Assembly (NCBI GenBank): GCA_963737265.1
Contig: CAVTRY010000011.1
Span: forward strand, 1-64,000
Reading direction: 5' to 3'
Source of the DNA: an uncultured delta proteobacterium
GTDB lineage: Bacteria > Myxococcota_A > Polyangia > Fen-1088
DNA length: 64,000 nucleotides
The translations under genes were made by a program, and so were the position numbers. Shown piece after piece: positions 19,108 through 29,902 of the stretch (positions are counted from its first letter, which is position 1; the number at the start of each line of letters is the position of its first letter). Below the pieces are notes generated by a model. That model did no database searches, was not told where the DNA came from, and worked only from the letters and a program-made list of their open reading frames with translations.

Positions 19108-20082
19108 TCATCGGGTCCGCTTACGGCCGGCCGGTATCGGCATGTCCTTCAGCCCCCAGATGACGCCTTCGTTGTAGGTGGGATTTTCCCACCTTCGCCC
19201 TTCGACCGCGGGCGAACAGTGCCCATCTCGGTAAAGTATGGCGGTTCCGAGGGCGACCATAGCCTCAGCCATGTCGTGATCGGGATGCTTGCGATTTCCA
19301 GAAGAGTTGTAGCTCACGCAACGCTGAAGAATCTCGCGTGCGACGGTCATCTCGGTGCCCCTCTCGCGCAGGTGTTCGAATAGCCGCAGGAGAGCAACTT
19401 CGGGCTGCGACTTGTGGTTGGGCAGGCCAAGCTGGCGCATAACAGCGCCGGGGTAGACCTCTATTGCTTCGCTCGCGTACCCCTGCTGCGACCAAAGCGG
19501 GACAATCCGATATTTTCCGCTCGTGCCCAGAAAATCCAGCAGGACGTTTCCTGCGAGGGTCATCCGGAAGAGGCTCTGGAATTTGTCTTTCAGGGGCGGG
19601 TGCGCACAGGCGAAGCTATCGGTGTCCCGTTTGATCCAGTAGTCCTTGTTTCTCCATGCGGCGAAGCCAGAAAAGTCGAGCCGGCCATCCTTGGGCCAGT
19701 GAAGCGGGTGGACCACGGCGGCCCTGCGATGCCGTAGGAGCCAAGCGACATGCCAGTTGAAGGAGCGCCATCCGTGGAATGCGCCCTGTTTATGCCCTGC
19801 GGCTTGGGCAAACTGCTCATCGCGAAGGAGGACATTGGGGATGGAGAAGGGAAAGTCGAGGCCTACGACCTTGGCTGGATGCTTGACGAGTTCCTCGCAC
19901 AGCTCCCGCAACGTCCATCCAGGGGAGTCGAGCAACAGACGCTGGTTGAAATCGTCGAGAATGATGCTGTACCGATTCCAGCCCTCGACTCGGGCACGGA
20001 CGGCGACAATTTTCCTCCGCTGGTCTTGCTCCCTCGCCGGGCCGGCAAAGTCGACGCCGACGATGGTCTCGACGCTCTTCAT
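19108..20082 (-). CDS. DUF429-family predicted nuclease (RNase H fold)
   Basis: IVGVDFAG, VGLDFPFSIP, IEVYPG motifs. Confidence 0.7.
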   Translation of the reverse strand: MKSVETIVGVDFAGPAREQDQRRKIVAVRARVEGWNRYSIILDDFNQRLLLDSPGWTLRELCEELVKHPAKVVGLDFPFSIPNVLLRDEQFAQAAGHKQGAFHGWRSFNWHVAWLLRHRRAAVVHPLHWPKDGRLDFSGFAAWRNKDYWIKRDTDSFACAHPPLKDKFQSLFRMTLAGNVLLDFLGTSGKYRIVPLWSQQGYASEAIEVYPGAVMRQLGLPNHKSQPEVALLRLFEHLRERGTEMTVAREILQRCVSYNSSGNRKHPDHDMAEAMVALGTAILYRDGHCSPAVEGRRWENPTYNEGVIWGLKDMPIPAGRKRTR

Positions 20083-20195
20083 TCTTTTGACGGTGACCCT
20101 ACCACAATCTCAAGATGCCTCGAGGCGAGCTCAACCACAGGATGGTTAGCAAGAAACTTGGGTTAGGCTCTTGAACGCGTCTTGCCGTGGCCCCG

Positions 20196-20465
20196 TCAAG
20201 CAACCACGTGCGTGGTGCGAGCCTCTTGTTCTTTGGCGGCCTGCCTGGCCAGCAGCCGCTTCGCCTGCAGGTCGCCAGCGGCGGCTTCCTTGGCAGTTTG
20301 GGCTGGGGTTTCCGCCGCTTCCTGTAAGGCCGCCCGGGCAGCACTGCTCAACTGAACAGTATCGCTGGGCACAGGCTGCGCTGGGGTCTCAGGCGCTTTC
20401 GCGCGCACGTCCGCGGCCTGAGCCACTGCCTGGGTTTGCGTGACGCTGCCAACTGGGTCGCTCAT
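20196..20465 (-). CDS. Small Ala/Gln-rich hypothetical protein with DTVQLS motif
   Basis: AAGGAG RBS; SDTVQLSSAA resembles the FlgM-like D-x-V-x-[IL]-S motif. Confidence 0.65.
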   Translation of the reverse strand: MSDPVGSVTQTQAVAQAADVRAKAPETPAQPVPSDTVQLSSAARAALQEAAETPAQTAKEAAAGDLQAKRLLARQAAKEQEARTTHVVA

Positions 20466-20562
20466 GTTGATGTACTCCTTCGTAACCTTCTTCGGCACGG
20501 AGACTGCGCTTGATAAGGAAGATCAACCCGCGAGCCCGGCCCGAGCTTGGCCTTAACGAACT

Positions 20563-21378
20563 TCAAGCGGCGCCGACGACCTCGTCGGTCCAGACCCTGA
20601 AACTCTGCAGGGTGTTAGGACCGAAGGTCGTCGTGATGGCGACGTCGGCCGCGTCGCGTCCGCGGGCGATGAGAATGCGGCCGATGCGCTGGGCGTTGTT
20701 GCGCGGATCGAATGTGTGCCAAGCCCCTCCGAGGTATGCCTCGAACCAGCCGGCAAAGTCCATTGGGGCAGAGGACGGCGGCAGCCCGATGTCCCCGAGG
20801 TATCCCGTGCAGTAGCGGGCGGGGATGTTCAGGCATCGGCAGAACGCGATGGCCAAGTGGGCGAAGTCGCGGCAAACGCCTTTGCGCTCGATGTACACCT
20901 CCCACGCCGACTTGGTTGGGCTGGCATGCTCGTACCCGAACTGGATGTGTTGATGGACGAAGTCGCAAACCGCCTGGACCCGCGCCCAACCGAGCGGCGC
21001 CGAGGAAAACAAATTCCAGGCGATCTCCGACAAACGGTCGGTCTCGCAGTAACGACTTCCAAGCAGAAACACCAGCGTCTCCTCGGGCAGTTGCGGAACG
21101 GGGTGTTGCAGCGCCGAAAAGAACGTGGCTTCCGGAACGCCGCTGTCTTTCACGATGGTATCCGCGGTCACGCTGAAATGGCCTTGTGGTGCGACGAGGC
21201 GCGTACACCAGTTGCCAAAGCCGTCCCGGTACGCGGCCATGGGAACCGCGGGCGTCGCAATCATGTGGTCGGGCCACACCAGATCCGATGCGCGACTGTA
21301 GTGGACATGCAGGGTCAAGAGCATGGGTGTGGGCTGGGGAAGCTGGTACTGCAATTCGTAGCCAACGCGGATCTGCAT
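20563..21378 (-). CDS. Transglutaminase-like cysteine protease family protein
   Basis: SRYCETD, GVCRDFAH, PARYCTGYLGD, GRDAADV; true start MQIRVGYEL. Confidence 0.92.
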   Translation of the reverse strand: MQIRVGYELQYQLPQPTPMLLTLHVHYSRASDLVWPDHMIATPAVPMAAYRDGFGNWCTRLVAPQGHFSVTADTIVKDSGVPEATFFSALQHPVPQLPEETLVFLLGSRYCETDRLSEIAWNLFSSAPLGWARVQAVCDFVHQHIQFGYEHASPTKSAWEVYIERKGVCRDFAHLAIAFCRCLNIPARYCTGYLGDIGLPPSSAPMDFAGWFEAYLGGAWHTFDPRNNAQRIGRILIARGRDAADVAITTTFGPNTLQSFRVWTDEVVGAA

Positions 21379-21385
21379 ATTTCCC

Positions 21386-22177
21386 TCACGCAATCGGTGT
21401 GTGTTTTGCGGACAAGAGCGGGCGGCTGGCGACAACGAGGAGACGCGCGAGGCGATCTGCCCAAGCGACTTGTCCCGCCCCGTCGGCGATGAGGTCCTGA
21501 CGAATCTCGATCTCAACGACTGGAATGTCCCGATTCTCACCATGATGGACGATGGAGAAGTCGGAGGCATCATTCGCGGCGTAGGGCTCATTGTAACCCA
21601 CGACGAGGTCTCCCTCTTCGCGCAGGAGATGCAAGAGCGGTCTTGCCAGGCGATTGTCGCGGTTGAAAAGAACGCCGACGTGCCAGGGGCGGACCACGTC
21701 CAGGAAGACCGGGGTGAAGCTGTGAACAGACACGAGCATGGTGGAAACGCGTTCATCCCTACGTCGATCGATCTCGGCGCGAATCTGCTCGTGATAGGGC
21801 AAAAAGATCTCCTGCCGCCGCGCCTCCGCGTCCTGCTGTGGCAGGTTCTGGTTTCCAGGGATGAAGGTCCTTTCGCTGTGCGCGGTGATAGAGTCGGGGG
21901 CGGTGAGGGGACGATTGCAGTCGATAACCAGTCGAGAGTACGGCTGCCAGGCGACGAAGGCATCGAGTGCGAACGCCAGCCTTTGCGCGACCGGGCCCGC
22001 GCCGATATCCCAAGCGATATGGCTGGCAAGCTCGTGCGCGGACAGGCCAAGCGAGCCCAGCCTGAGCGGCACCCGGCGCCCCGCATGATCGCAAACCACC
22101 ACGAAAGGCGAGGATCCCCCGCGGCCTGACACCGCGAAGGCTGCAGGTTCGTCTTGCCCAAGCAGAGTGGCTTCCAC
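21386..22177 (-). CDS. N-formylglutamate amidohydrolase family protein
   Basis: CDHAG, HIAWDIG, YSRLVIDCNR, PYH, SVHSFTP, IEIRQDLI motifs. Confidence 0.9.
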   Translation of the reverse strand: MEATLLGQDEPAAFAVSGRGGSSPFVVVCDHAGRRVPLRLGSLGLSAHELASHIAWDIGAGPVAQRLAFALDAFVAWQPYSRLVIDCNRPLTAPDSITAHSERTFIPGNQNLPQQDAEARRQEIFLPYHEQIRAEIDRRRDERVSTMLVSVHSFTPVFLDVVRPWHVGVLFNRDNRLARPLLHLLREEGDLVVGYNEPYAANDASDFSIVHHGENRDIPVVEIEIRQDLIADGAGQVAWADRLARLLVVASRPLLSAKHTPIA

Positions 22178-22355
22178 CCATACTCCCTACCCCAGATAGG
22201 GTGGTATGCCAGCAACAATCCGGCGTCGCACAAAAGCGGTTTCGCTGCAGGATCATGATTGTAAATTTGCGAAGACGATCCACGATCGTTCTGGAAGCGC
22301 AGATCGACGCTGACTTGGCAGCACGCAGCCACAGAAAAGCGTAACCGGAATTTCC

Positions 22356-24014
22356 ATGAAACAGACCACCCATCCGCACCGCCCAGACAGCCCGTTCCCG
22401 ACCGGCTTCTCGCTGCTCAATGACCCTGCCCTCAACAAGGGCACCGCTTTCACGCAGGTCGAGCGCGACATGTACCGACTGCAGGGCCTGCTGCCGCCGC
22501 ACGTGCAGACGATGGCGGAGCAGAAGGCACGGGTCATCGAGAATTATCGCATGAAGGATACCGACCTCGAACGCTACATCTACCTCTCCAGTCTTCAGGA
22601 CCGCAATGAGACGCTCTTTTACCGCGTGCTCATGGAGAACATCGAGGAGCTGATGCCTATCGTCTATACGCCCACGGTGGGAAAGGCGTGCCAGCAGTGG
22701 GGGCACCTATTCCGACGCCCACGTGGACTCTACATTTCCACCCGCGATCGCGGACGGATGCGGGACCTGCTGCGCAACTGGCACCACCTTGGCGTGCGCG
22801 TGATCGTGGTGACCGACGGCGAGCGCATCTTGGGGCTTGGCGATCAGGGGGTGGGGGGCATGGGCATCCCGGTCGGCAAGCTGTCCATCTACACGGCATG
22901 CGCCGGGATCCACCCGGCCACGGTCTTGCCCGTGATGCTGGACGTGGGCACGGAGAACGAAGGGTATCTCCAAGATCCGCTTTACCTGGGACTTCGCCAG
23001 CACCGCGTGCGCGGACAAGAGTACGACGATTTCGTGGGCGAATTCATGTCCGCTGTCCATGAGCTGATGCCGCAGGCGCTGATCCAATTCGAGGATTTTG
23101 CCAACATCAATGCCTTCCGTCTTCTCTCGCAGTGGCGCGAACGGGTGTGCACATTCAACGACGACATTCAAGGCACGGCCGCGGTCACGTTGGCTGGCCT
23201 CTATGGCGCGCTCCGCATCACGCGCAAGTCCCTCGGCGAACAAACTCTCCTGTTTCTCGGCGCAGGCGAGGCTGGCGTGGGGATAGGCGATCTCGTCGTC
23301 TCGGCGATGGTGGGCGAGGGGATGGATCTGTCCCTTGCACGCCAGCGTTGTTGGTTCGTCGATACCCACGGGCTCGTGGTCAAGGGGCGAGACCACCTCG
23401 CCGGGCACAAGCTGGCCTACGCCCATCACGGACCGAGCGTCCCCGACTTCCTTGGATCCGTGCGCGCCGTGAAGCCGACCGCGATCATCGGTGTCTCGAC
23501 CATTCCCAAGTCGTTCGACCGACAGGTCATCGAGGCCATGTCCGCGCTCAACGAGCGACCCATCGTTTTTGCACTCTCCAACCCCACGTCCAAGTCCGAG
23601 TGTACTGCCGAGGAAGCCTATGCCTGGTCGAACGGTCGAGCCGTCTTCGCGAGTGGTAGCCCCTTTCCACCCTGCGCCGTCGGTTCCAAGGTGATGATTC
23701 CCGGCCAGGCCAACAACTGTTACATCTTCCCGGGGGTGGGGCTCGGCATCGTCGCCGCGGAGGCCAAGCACGCAACCGATCGAATGTTTGCGCGGGCCGC
23801 CCAAGCCCTAGCATCGGCGGCACGGGAGGAGGATTTGGAAGTTGGGCGCGTTTTCCCCGAGCTCAAGCGAATTCGCGAGGTTTCCGCTCGGATTGGTGTC
23901 GCCGTTGCCGAAGTCGCCTTTGAAAGCGGTTTGGCCGGAGCAAAGCGCCCGGCGAGCCTGTCCGAGTTGGTCGAGTCCAAGATGTGGTTACCCAACTACG
24001 AGTGCTTCTCCTAA
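22356..24014 (+). CDS. maeA: NAD-dependent malic enzyme
   Basis: NKGTAF, PIVYTPTVG, TDGERILGLGD, FNDDIQGT, GAGEAG, LSNPT motifs. Confidence 0.95.
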   Translation: MKQTTHPHRPDSPFPTGFSLLNDPALNKGTAFTQVERDMYRLQGLLPPHVQTMAEQKARVIENYRMKDTDLERYIYLSSLQDRNETLFYRVLMENIEELMPIVYTPTVGKACQQWGHLFRRPRGLYISTRDRGRMRDLLRNWHHLGVRVIVVTDGERILGLGDQGVGGMGIPVGKLSIYTACAGIHPATVLPVMLDVGTENEGYLQDPLYLGLRQHRVRGQEYDDFVGEFMSAVHELMPQALIQFEDFANINAFRLLSQWRERVCTFNDDIQGTAAVTLAGLYGALRITRKSLGEQTLLFLGAGEAGVGIGDLVVSAMVGEGMDLSLARQRCWFVDTHGLVVKGRDHLAGHKLAYAHHGPSVPDFLGSVRAVKPTAIIGVSTIPKSFDRQVIEAMSALNERPIVFALSNPTSKSECTAEEAYAWSNGRAVFASGSPFPPCAVGSKVMIPGQANNCYIFPGVGLGIVAAEAKHATDRMFARAAQALASAAREEDLEVGRVFPELKRIREVSARIGVAVAEVAFESGLAGAKRPASLSELVESKMWLPNYECFS

Positions 24015-27000
24015 GTGTCGGACGCCAGCGCTAGCCAGGCACCCACGGGCAAACTTGCCAGCGTCTCCTCGAGAGCCTCAAGACTTGGAGGCTTGGCCAG
24101 GTGGCGGTGAAAGCCGGCCTTTGCGGCACGTTCTAGATCCTCGGGTTGTGCATAACCGCTGAGTGCGACGAGGAAGGTTCCGCGAAACTGCTCATCCGCT
24201 CGCAGGGATTTCGCCACTTCGAAGCCGTCCATCCCAGGTAGACCGATATCGCAAAGAACGACATCGGGACGGAACGAACGTGCTTTTTGCAATCCCTCGG
24301 GGCCGTTGTAGGCCACCTCGACGTGGTGCTGGCTCAGTTCCAGGGCGTCGCGCAGGCTCTCGGCAGCGTCCACATTGTCCTCGATGATGAGTACCCGGCG
24401 ACGGATTGGTTCTGTCTCACCTGGGGCCGGAGCGGCCTCGCCGATTTTGCCGGGAAGAAGAGGCAGCTCGACCACGAGCTCCGCTCCCTTGCCCAGCCCA
24501 TCGCTATGCGCGCAGACCTCGCCGCCGTGCATCTCGACGAGACTCTTGACGAGCGCTAGCCCAAGCCCAAGGCCGCCCTTGCTTCGATCGAGTGTCGCCT
24601 CCGCCTGCACGAAGGGCTGGAACAAGCGCTTGAGCATGCCCGGATCGATGCCGGTGCCCGTGTCCACGATACTGAGCTGGGCCCGCCCTCGCCCGGCGGG
24701 CTTGGTGGTGGCGACGGTGACTCGACCGCCGCTCGGGGTGAACTTCGCCGCATTGCTGAGCAGGTTTCCCACCACCTGCGCTAGCCGCGGCTCGTCCCCT
24801 TCGATCGTCAGCACCTCTGGCGCAACCAGCACGTTCGAGCTCAATCCCCCTACTTTCGAAGAGCGAACGATGATCTTCCACAGCGCGACTGACCACGTCG
24901 CCAAAATCCACCTGGGTGCATTTGAGCTGGATCTTGTTACGCGAGATGCGCGTGATATCCAGAAGATCGTCGACCAAACGCACCAGCTGATCGGTCTGCC
25001 GGCCCAGAACTTCCTCGGCGCGCTTGGCTTGTTCGCTGCCCGGAGCCACTCGTTTGAGGATGTGCAGGCTATTGCGGATCGGGGTCAGGGGATTGCGCAG
25101 CTCGTGCGAAAGCACGGCCAGGAATTCGTTCTTACGCCGGTCGGCGTCGCGCAGCTCGTGTTCGGCGCGCACCTGCTTGGTCACGTCCGAGAACACGACC
25201 ACGGCCCCCACCACGCCGGCCGCCGTTCGAATGGGCGCCGAGCTCGTCGAAAGGTGCACGACCGATCCATCGGGTCGCGGCAAGCGTTGCAGCACACCGT
25301 GGACGGTCTCGCCAGCGAGAGCGCGCGCGCCAGGCGTTTGCGCCGGATCCACGGGCTTTCCGTCGGCGGTTTCGAGCTTCACCTGTCGAACCCTCTCGCC
25401 GATGTCGAGACCTTGCCAGTGCTCGGGGGCGCCGATCATGCGACGAAACGCGGGATTGACCCGCACCAGGTTTCCCGCGCGATCGCTGACCACCAGGGGT
25501 TCGGTCAGGGAGTCGAGGATGGCGTCGAGCTCCGCTGCCCGGCGCTCGGCCAGCTCGCGCTGCTCGCGCTCGGTGGCCTCGGCCCTGCGCCGCTCGGTAA
25601 TGTCGCGCACGACGCTGACCAGGGTGCGTGCACCGCCGACTTCGGTCCCGCGCGAGCTCACTTCGACCGGGAAGACGGAGCCATCCTTGCGACGGTGCAC
25701 GGTTTCGAAAAGCACGCCCTTCACATTGGCCTGCGCCAGCTGTTCCGAGAGGATTGCCAGCGTTCCGCTGGCCCGCAAATCGTGGATAGTGAGACCGAGA
25801 AGCTCGTCTCGGCTGAAGCCGTAAGCCGCCGCCGCCGCCGGATTGGCCTCCATGATTCGACCATCATCGAGGTTCATGAACAAAATGATGTCGCGACTTT
25901 GCTGCACGACCAGCTCGAAACGGCGAAGAGTCTCGTCGGCAAGCCCGATGGGAGTCAGATCGACCGTGGCACAGGCCACCCCGGTCACGCGGCCAGCCTC
26001 GTCGCGAATCGGTTCCCAGCAGGCATCGAGAAACATGCGGCCGGTTGGACCAGCGAACCACATCTGTTCCCGGTGCTCGACGCCCAGGTCGAGAACGCGT
26101 CGCTTGATCTCCGCAATGCGCGTTGCGTCCTCGGGCCCGAAGATGTCCTCGTCGCGTAAGCCGACGATTTGTTCTGGTCGAGCCATCTTTTGGTTGTAGC
26201 TCCAGATGTACTTGAGATCGACATCTTGCGCCGCCACCGAGACCGGGGAATTCCGCAAGGCCAGCCGGAAGCGCTGCTCACTCTCGCGCAGGGCCTCCTC
26301 GGCGCGTTTGCGTTCGGTGATGTCGATGATGGAGCTGATGATCACCGGTTCGCCTTGCAGTGCACTCACCTGCGCGGAGACAAGGGCGGTCCACTCCCTT
26401 CCGCCCTCGCCGAGGAAGCGGAACTCCGCATTGCGCACTATTCCTTGTTGCTCCAGATCGCGGATGAATCGCTCGCGCTCCTCCTTGTACTTCCAAATGT
26501 TGAGCTGCGAGCTGGTTTGGCCGATGGCCTTTTCGCGCGCATATCCGGTGACCTCTTGCCAGCGTTCGTTGACCTCGACAAACAGACCGTCGTGTAGCCT
26601 GGTTATGGCCATGGCCGAGGTGCTGCCGCGAAATGCCTTGGCGAATTTCTCTTCGGAGAGGCGAAGACCCTCCTCGGCCCGCTTGCGCTCGGTGATATCG
26701 ATGGCGGTCCCAAGCCGGTACTTCTGCCCGGCAATCTCGATGCTATCGAAGCTGAAGCTGCCGAGGCGGCGCTGCCCCGATTGCGTCGTGTATTCGAGTT
26801 CCCGGTCGCGCACCGAGCCGGCCTTCTGAATTTCGGAGTCCATGCGCGCCCGCCCCTCGGGATCGCTTGCAAGGCCAAGCTCGACGGACGTTTTGCCGAT
26901 CGCCTCGTGTCGGCCGTACCCGAACATCTTCTCCCAAGCATCGTTGACCGCTGCAAGCGTGCCATCGGAGTCCTTGATGAGCGCAATGGCAAAAGGTGCG

Positions 27001-29768
27001 CGGTCGTAGATGGCGGCGTACTTCTGCTCGCTCTCGCGAACTCTCTCGGCCGCCAGGGTGATTTCCGTGATGTCTTCCGAGAAAATGATGATTCCGCCGA
27101 CTCCACCGGTCGCCTCGTGCCACGGACGCACCTCCCAGCGCAACCACTGCACGGTGCCATCGTCGCGTACGAACCGATCCGCCTCGGCGTGTACCACCTC
27201 GCCCGACAAAGCTCGCCGGTGGACTTGCTTCCAAGCGTCGCTAATCTCGGTAAAGACCTCGTAGTGACAGACTCCGCGCAAGTCCCGTTCGTACAGCCGA
27301 TAGTCGGCAATCCACCTCTTGCTGGCGCTGAGATAGCGCATCTGCCGGTCGAACATGGCAAGCGAGGCCGGGGCGTGTTCGATGAAAAGTCGCAGGCGCT
27401 CTTCGCTCTCGCGCAGGGCCCGATCGGCGAATGTGCGCTCGGTAATATCGCGGTTGGCTGCAAGAACGCGCTCGACCCCGTCCTCGCCGCGCGCGTACTG
27501 TTTATTCGCCAGCACGATGACCAAACGCCCATCTTTGGTCTGCTGTCGGAGCTCGCCCGCCCAGCAACCCCCGCTGCGTAGCTCGGCCTCGATCTCGGCC
27601 GTTGGCTGGGGAAACGACGTGGCCAATAGCTCGTGCGAGACGTGGCCAATCGCTTCCTCTCGGCTAAATCCGTAGAGCTCTTGGGCGCCCCGGTTCCACG
27701 ACTCGATCACGCCGTCGAATCGCCGCACGAAGATGGCATCGTGCGAAAGGTGAACCAGCTGCGCCTGCTTCTTGGCGGCCTCCTCCGCGCGTCTGACCTC
27801 GGAGATATTGACAAAGGTCACGACCACGCCGGCAATGAAGTTCTCGATCGTCCGATAGGGCAGGATTCGCAGCACGAACCAATGTCCGTCAGGGGTTTGC
27901 ACCTGGCGTTCGACCGTGGTGAGAAGGCGCAGCACTTCGAGCGCTTCGGAAACCAGATCCTGACCCGCGAAACGGGGCGCGAGATCGGCCAGTGGCCGTC
28001 CGACATCGCTTTCGAGCAGATGGAATAGGGCCGTCGCCGCTGGAGTGAACTTCGTGATGCGCAGGGAGCGATCGAGAAAGATGGTTGCGATCTGCGTCGC
28101 CGCGAACAAGTTCTGCAAATCGCCATTGGCGGAGGCAACCTCGTCGAGCTTTTCGCGTAACTCCCCGTTGACGGTCTCTAGCTCTTCGTTGAGCGAATGC
28201 AGCTCCTCCTTGGAGGTCTGCATCTCTTCATTGGCGGACTGCAGCTCTTCGTTGGTGGAGATGAGCTCCTCGTTCGACGATTTCAGCTCCTCGTTGGCCG
28301 ATTCCAGCTCTTCGACGGTGGAACGCAGCTCGGCTCTGGTCGTGCGCAGCTCGTTTTCGAGTTGCTGTACCACCGGCTCCTCGGGACCGGACAAGGCGTC
28401 CGCTTGCTCGGGATCGCGCGAAGCCAGGGCCTGCTCCTCGACCACAACCAGGTAAAGCCCCTCCGCTTCGATGGTGGGCACGGGGCGGACGATTAGCCGG
28501 ATCGGGCGGGTCTGCTCCTCGATGTCGACCGGAACGTCGGTCCGGATGCAAGCGCGCCGGGTGGCCGCGGCCTTGGTCAAGGCGGAGCGTAGCTCCAGAC
28601 GCAGCGGTCCGCGAAAGGCGTCGAACAGATTCGTGGTCGACATCGCGCCCGCGGGAAGCACCAGGTACCTCGCCAGGGGGCCCGCGACGAAGAGAACTTC
28701 GCCGTGCTCGTTGATGACGGCCGATGCCGGAGCATAGTCCTGCAGGATGGTGCGTTGGAAGGCGGCGCCCACTCTTTCCCTCGTGCCCGACCCCGCCTCG
28801 GGCTGACTCGGCGGCGGTACGGGAGGCACTTGCGCGGCGCTGCGCACCGAGAGCGGGAATTCAACCTGCGGGCGAGCCAAAGTGTCTTTGCGGCGGAAGA
28901 TACGGCTCTTCTTGTCGATGCTCTCGAACAACTCCGTGCTGTGCGCGACGCCTTCGGAGGGACCGAGAAAGAGAAAGCCCCCGGGTCGCAAAGCGTAATG
29001 GAACAGCGGGATGAGCTTTTTCTGCAGATCGGGGTCGAGATAGATAAGCACGTTCCGACAGGAGATGAGATCGAGCTGGGAAAACGGGGGATCGCGGATA
29101 AGGCTGTGCTGCGAGAAGAGGCACATTTCGCGCAGCTCCTTGCTCGCCTGGTAGCCCTCGCCCTCGCGTGTGAAGAAGCGTTCCAGCCGCTCGGTGCTTA
29201 CCGACTCGCCGATCGACGATGAATACCGCCCCATCCTCGCTTGGGCCAGGATCCCGGCATCGATGTCTGTCGCAAAGATTTGGACGATGCGTGTCTGCCG
29301 GCAACGCTCGAGGCGTTCGCGTACGAGCATGGCGATCGTGTAGGCTTCTTCGCCGGACGCGCAACCTGGCACCCAGATGCGCAAGGGAGCTTGCTCTCCC
29401 TTCGCGTCGGTGATGCGGGACAGGACCTGACGCGCCAGCGTGTCGAAGGTCTCTGGGTCGCGGAAGAACTGGGTGACACCAATGAGGAGATTCTTGACGA
29501 GAGCCTCCGCCTCGGCCGCACTCGATTCGAGCAGCTGAATATAGTCCGCAACTGCCGTGACACGGAGTCCCTGCAAGCGACGGCGAATCCGGCGCAGCAA
29601 CGTGGCCTTCTTGTATCTGCTGAAGTCGTGTCCAGTGTGCTTCTGAACCAGCCCGCACAGTGCTGCGAGACTCGCCGCGAGCTCGGGCAACTCTGGAACT
29701 GGCGCAGGCTCGCGGGAGATCTGACGATTCCCGGCGACAGGATCGTTGCCGCGCGATCGACCTTTCAT
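24011..29768 (-). CDS. CheR-coiled coil-multi-PAS-HisKA-HATPase-REC hybrid kinase (no CheB domain), frameshifted near 24835
   Basis: GHDFSRYK, VPGCASGEEAY, CRNVLIY, NEELQS repeats, several PAS domains, SHELRNPL; the C-terminus (NLLSNAAKFT, GLGLGL, DIGLPGMDG) continues in another frame. Confidence 0.88.
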
Positions 29769-29902
29769 CGGGGGACTCTTGCACGATCGCGTGCTAGCGG
29801 ACAACCGGCATTGTGGCACCAACTAGAGCGTTTTGGCCGCCCGCGCTCACGCCAACGCGACCGCCCACGCTAGCCGATCTGCGCTGAACCCGTAAACGGT
29901 CG

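Noticed and set aside
20489-20513. Sigma28 promoter for the small DTVQLS protein
   Set aside because: TCAA-N13-GCCGAAGA is 2 nt shorter than the canonical spacing, so it is not called as a feature.
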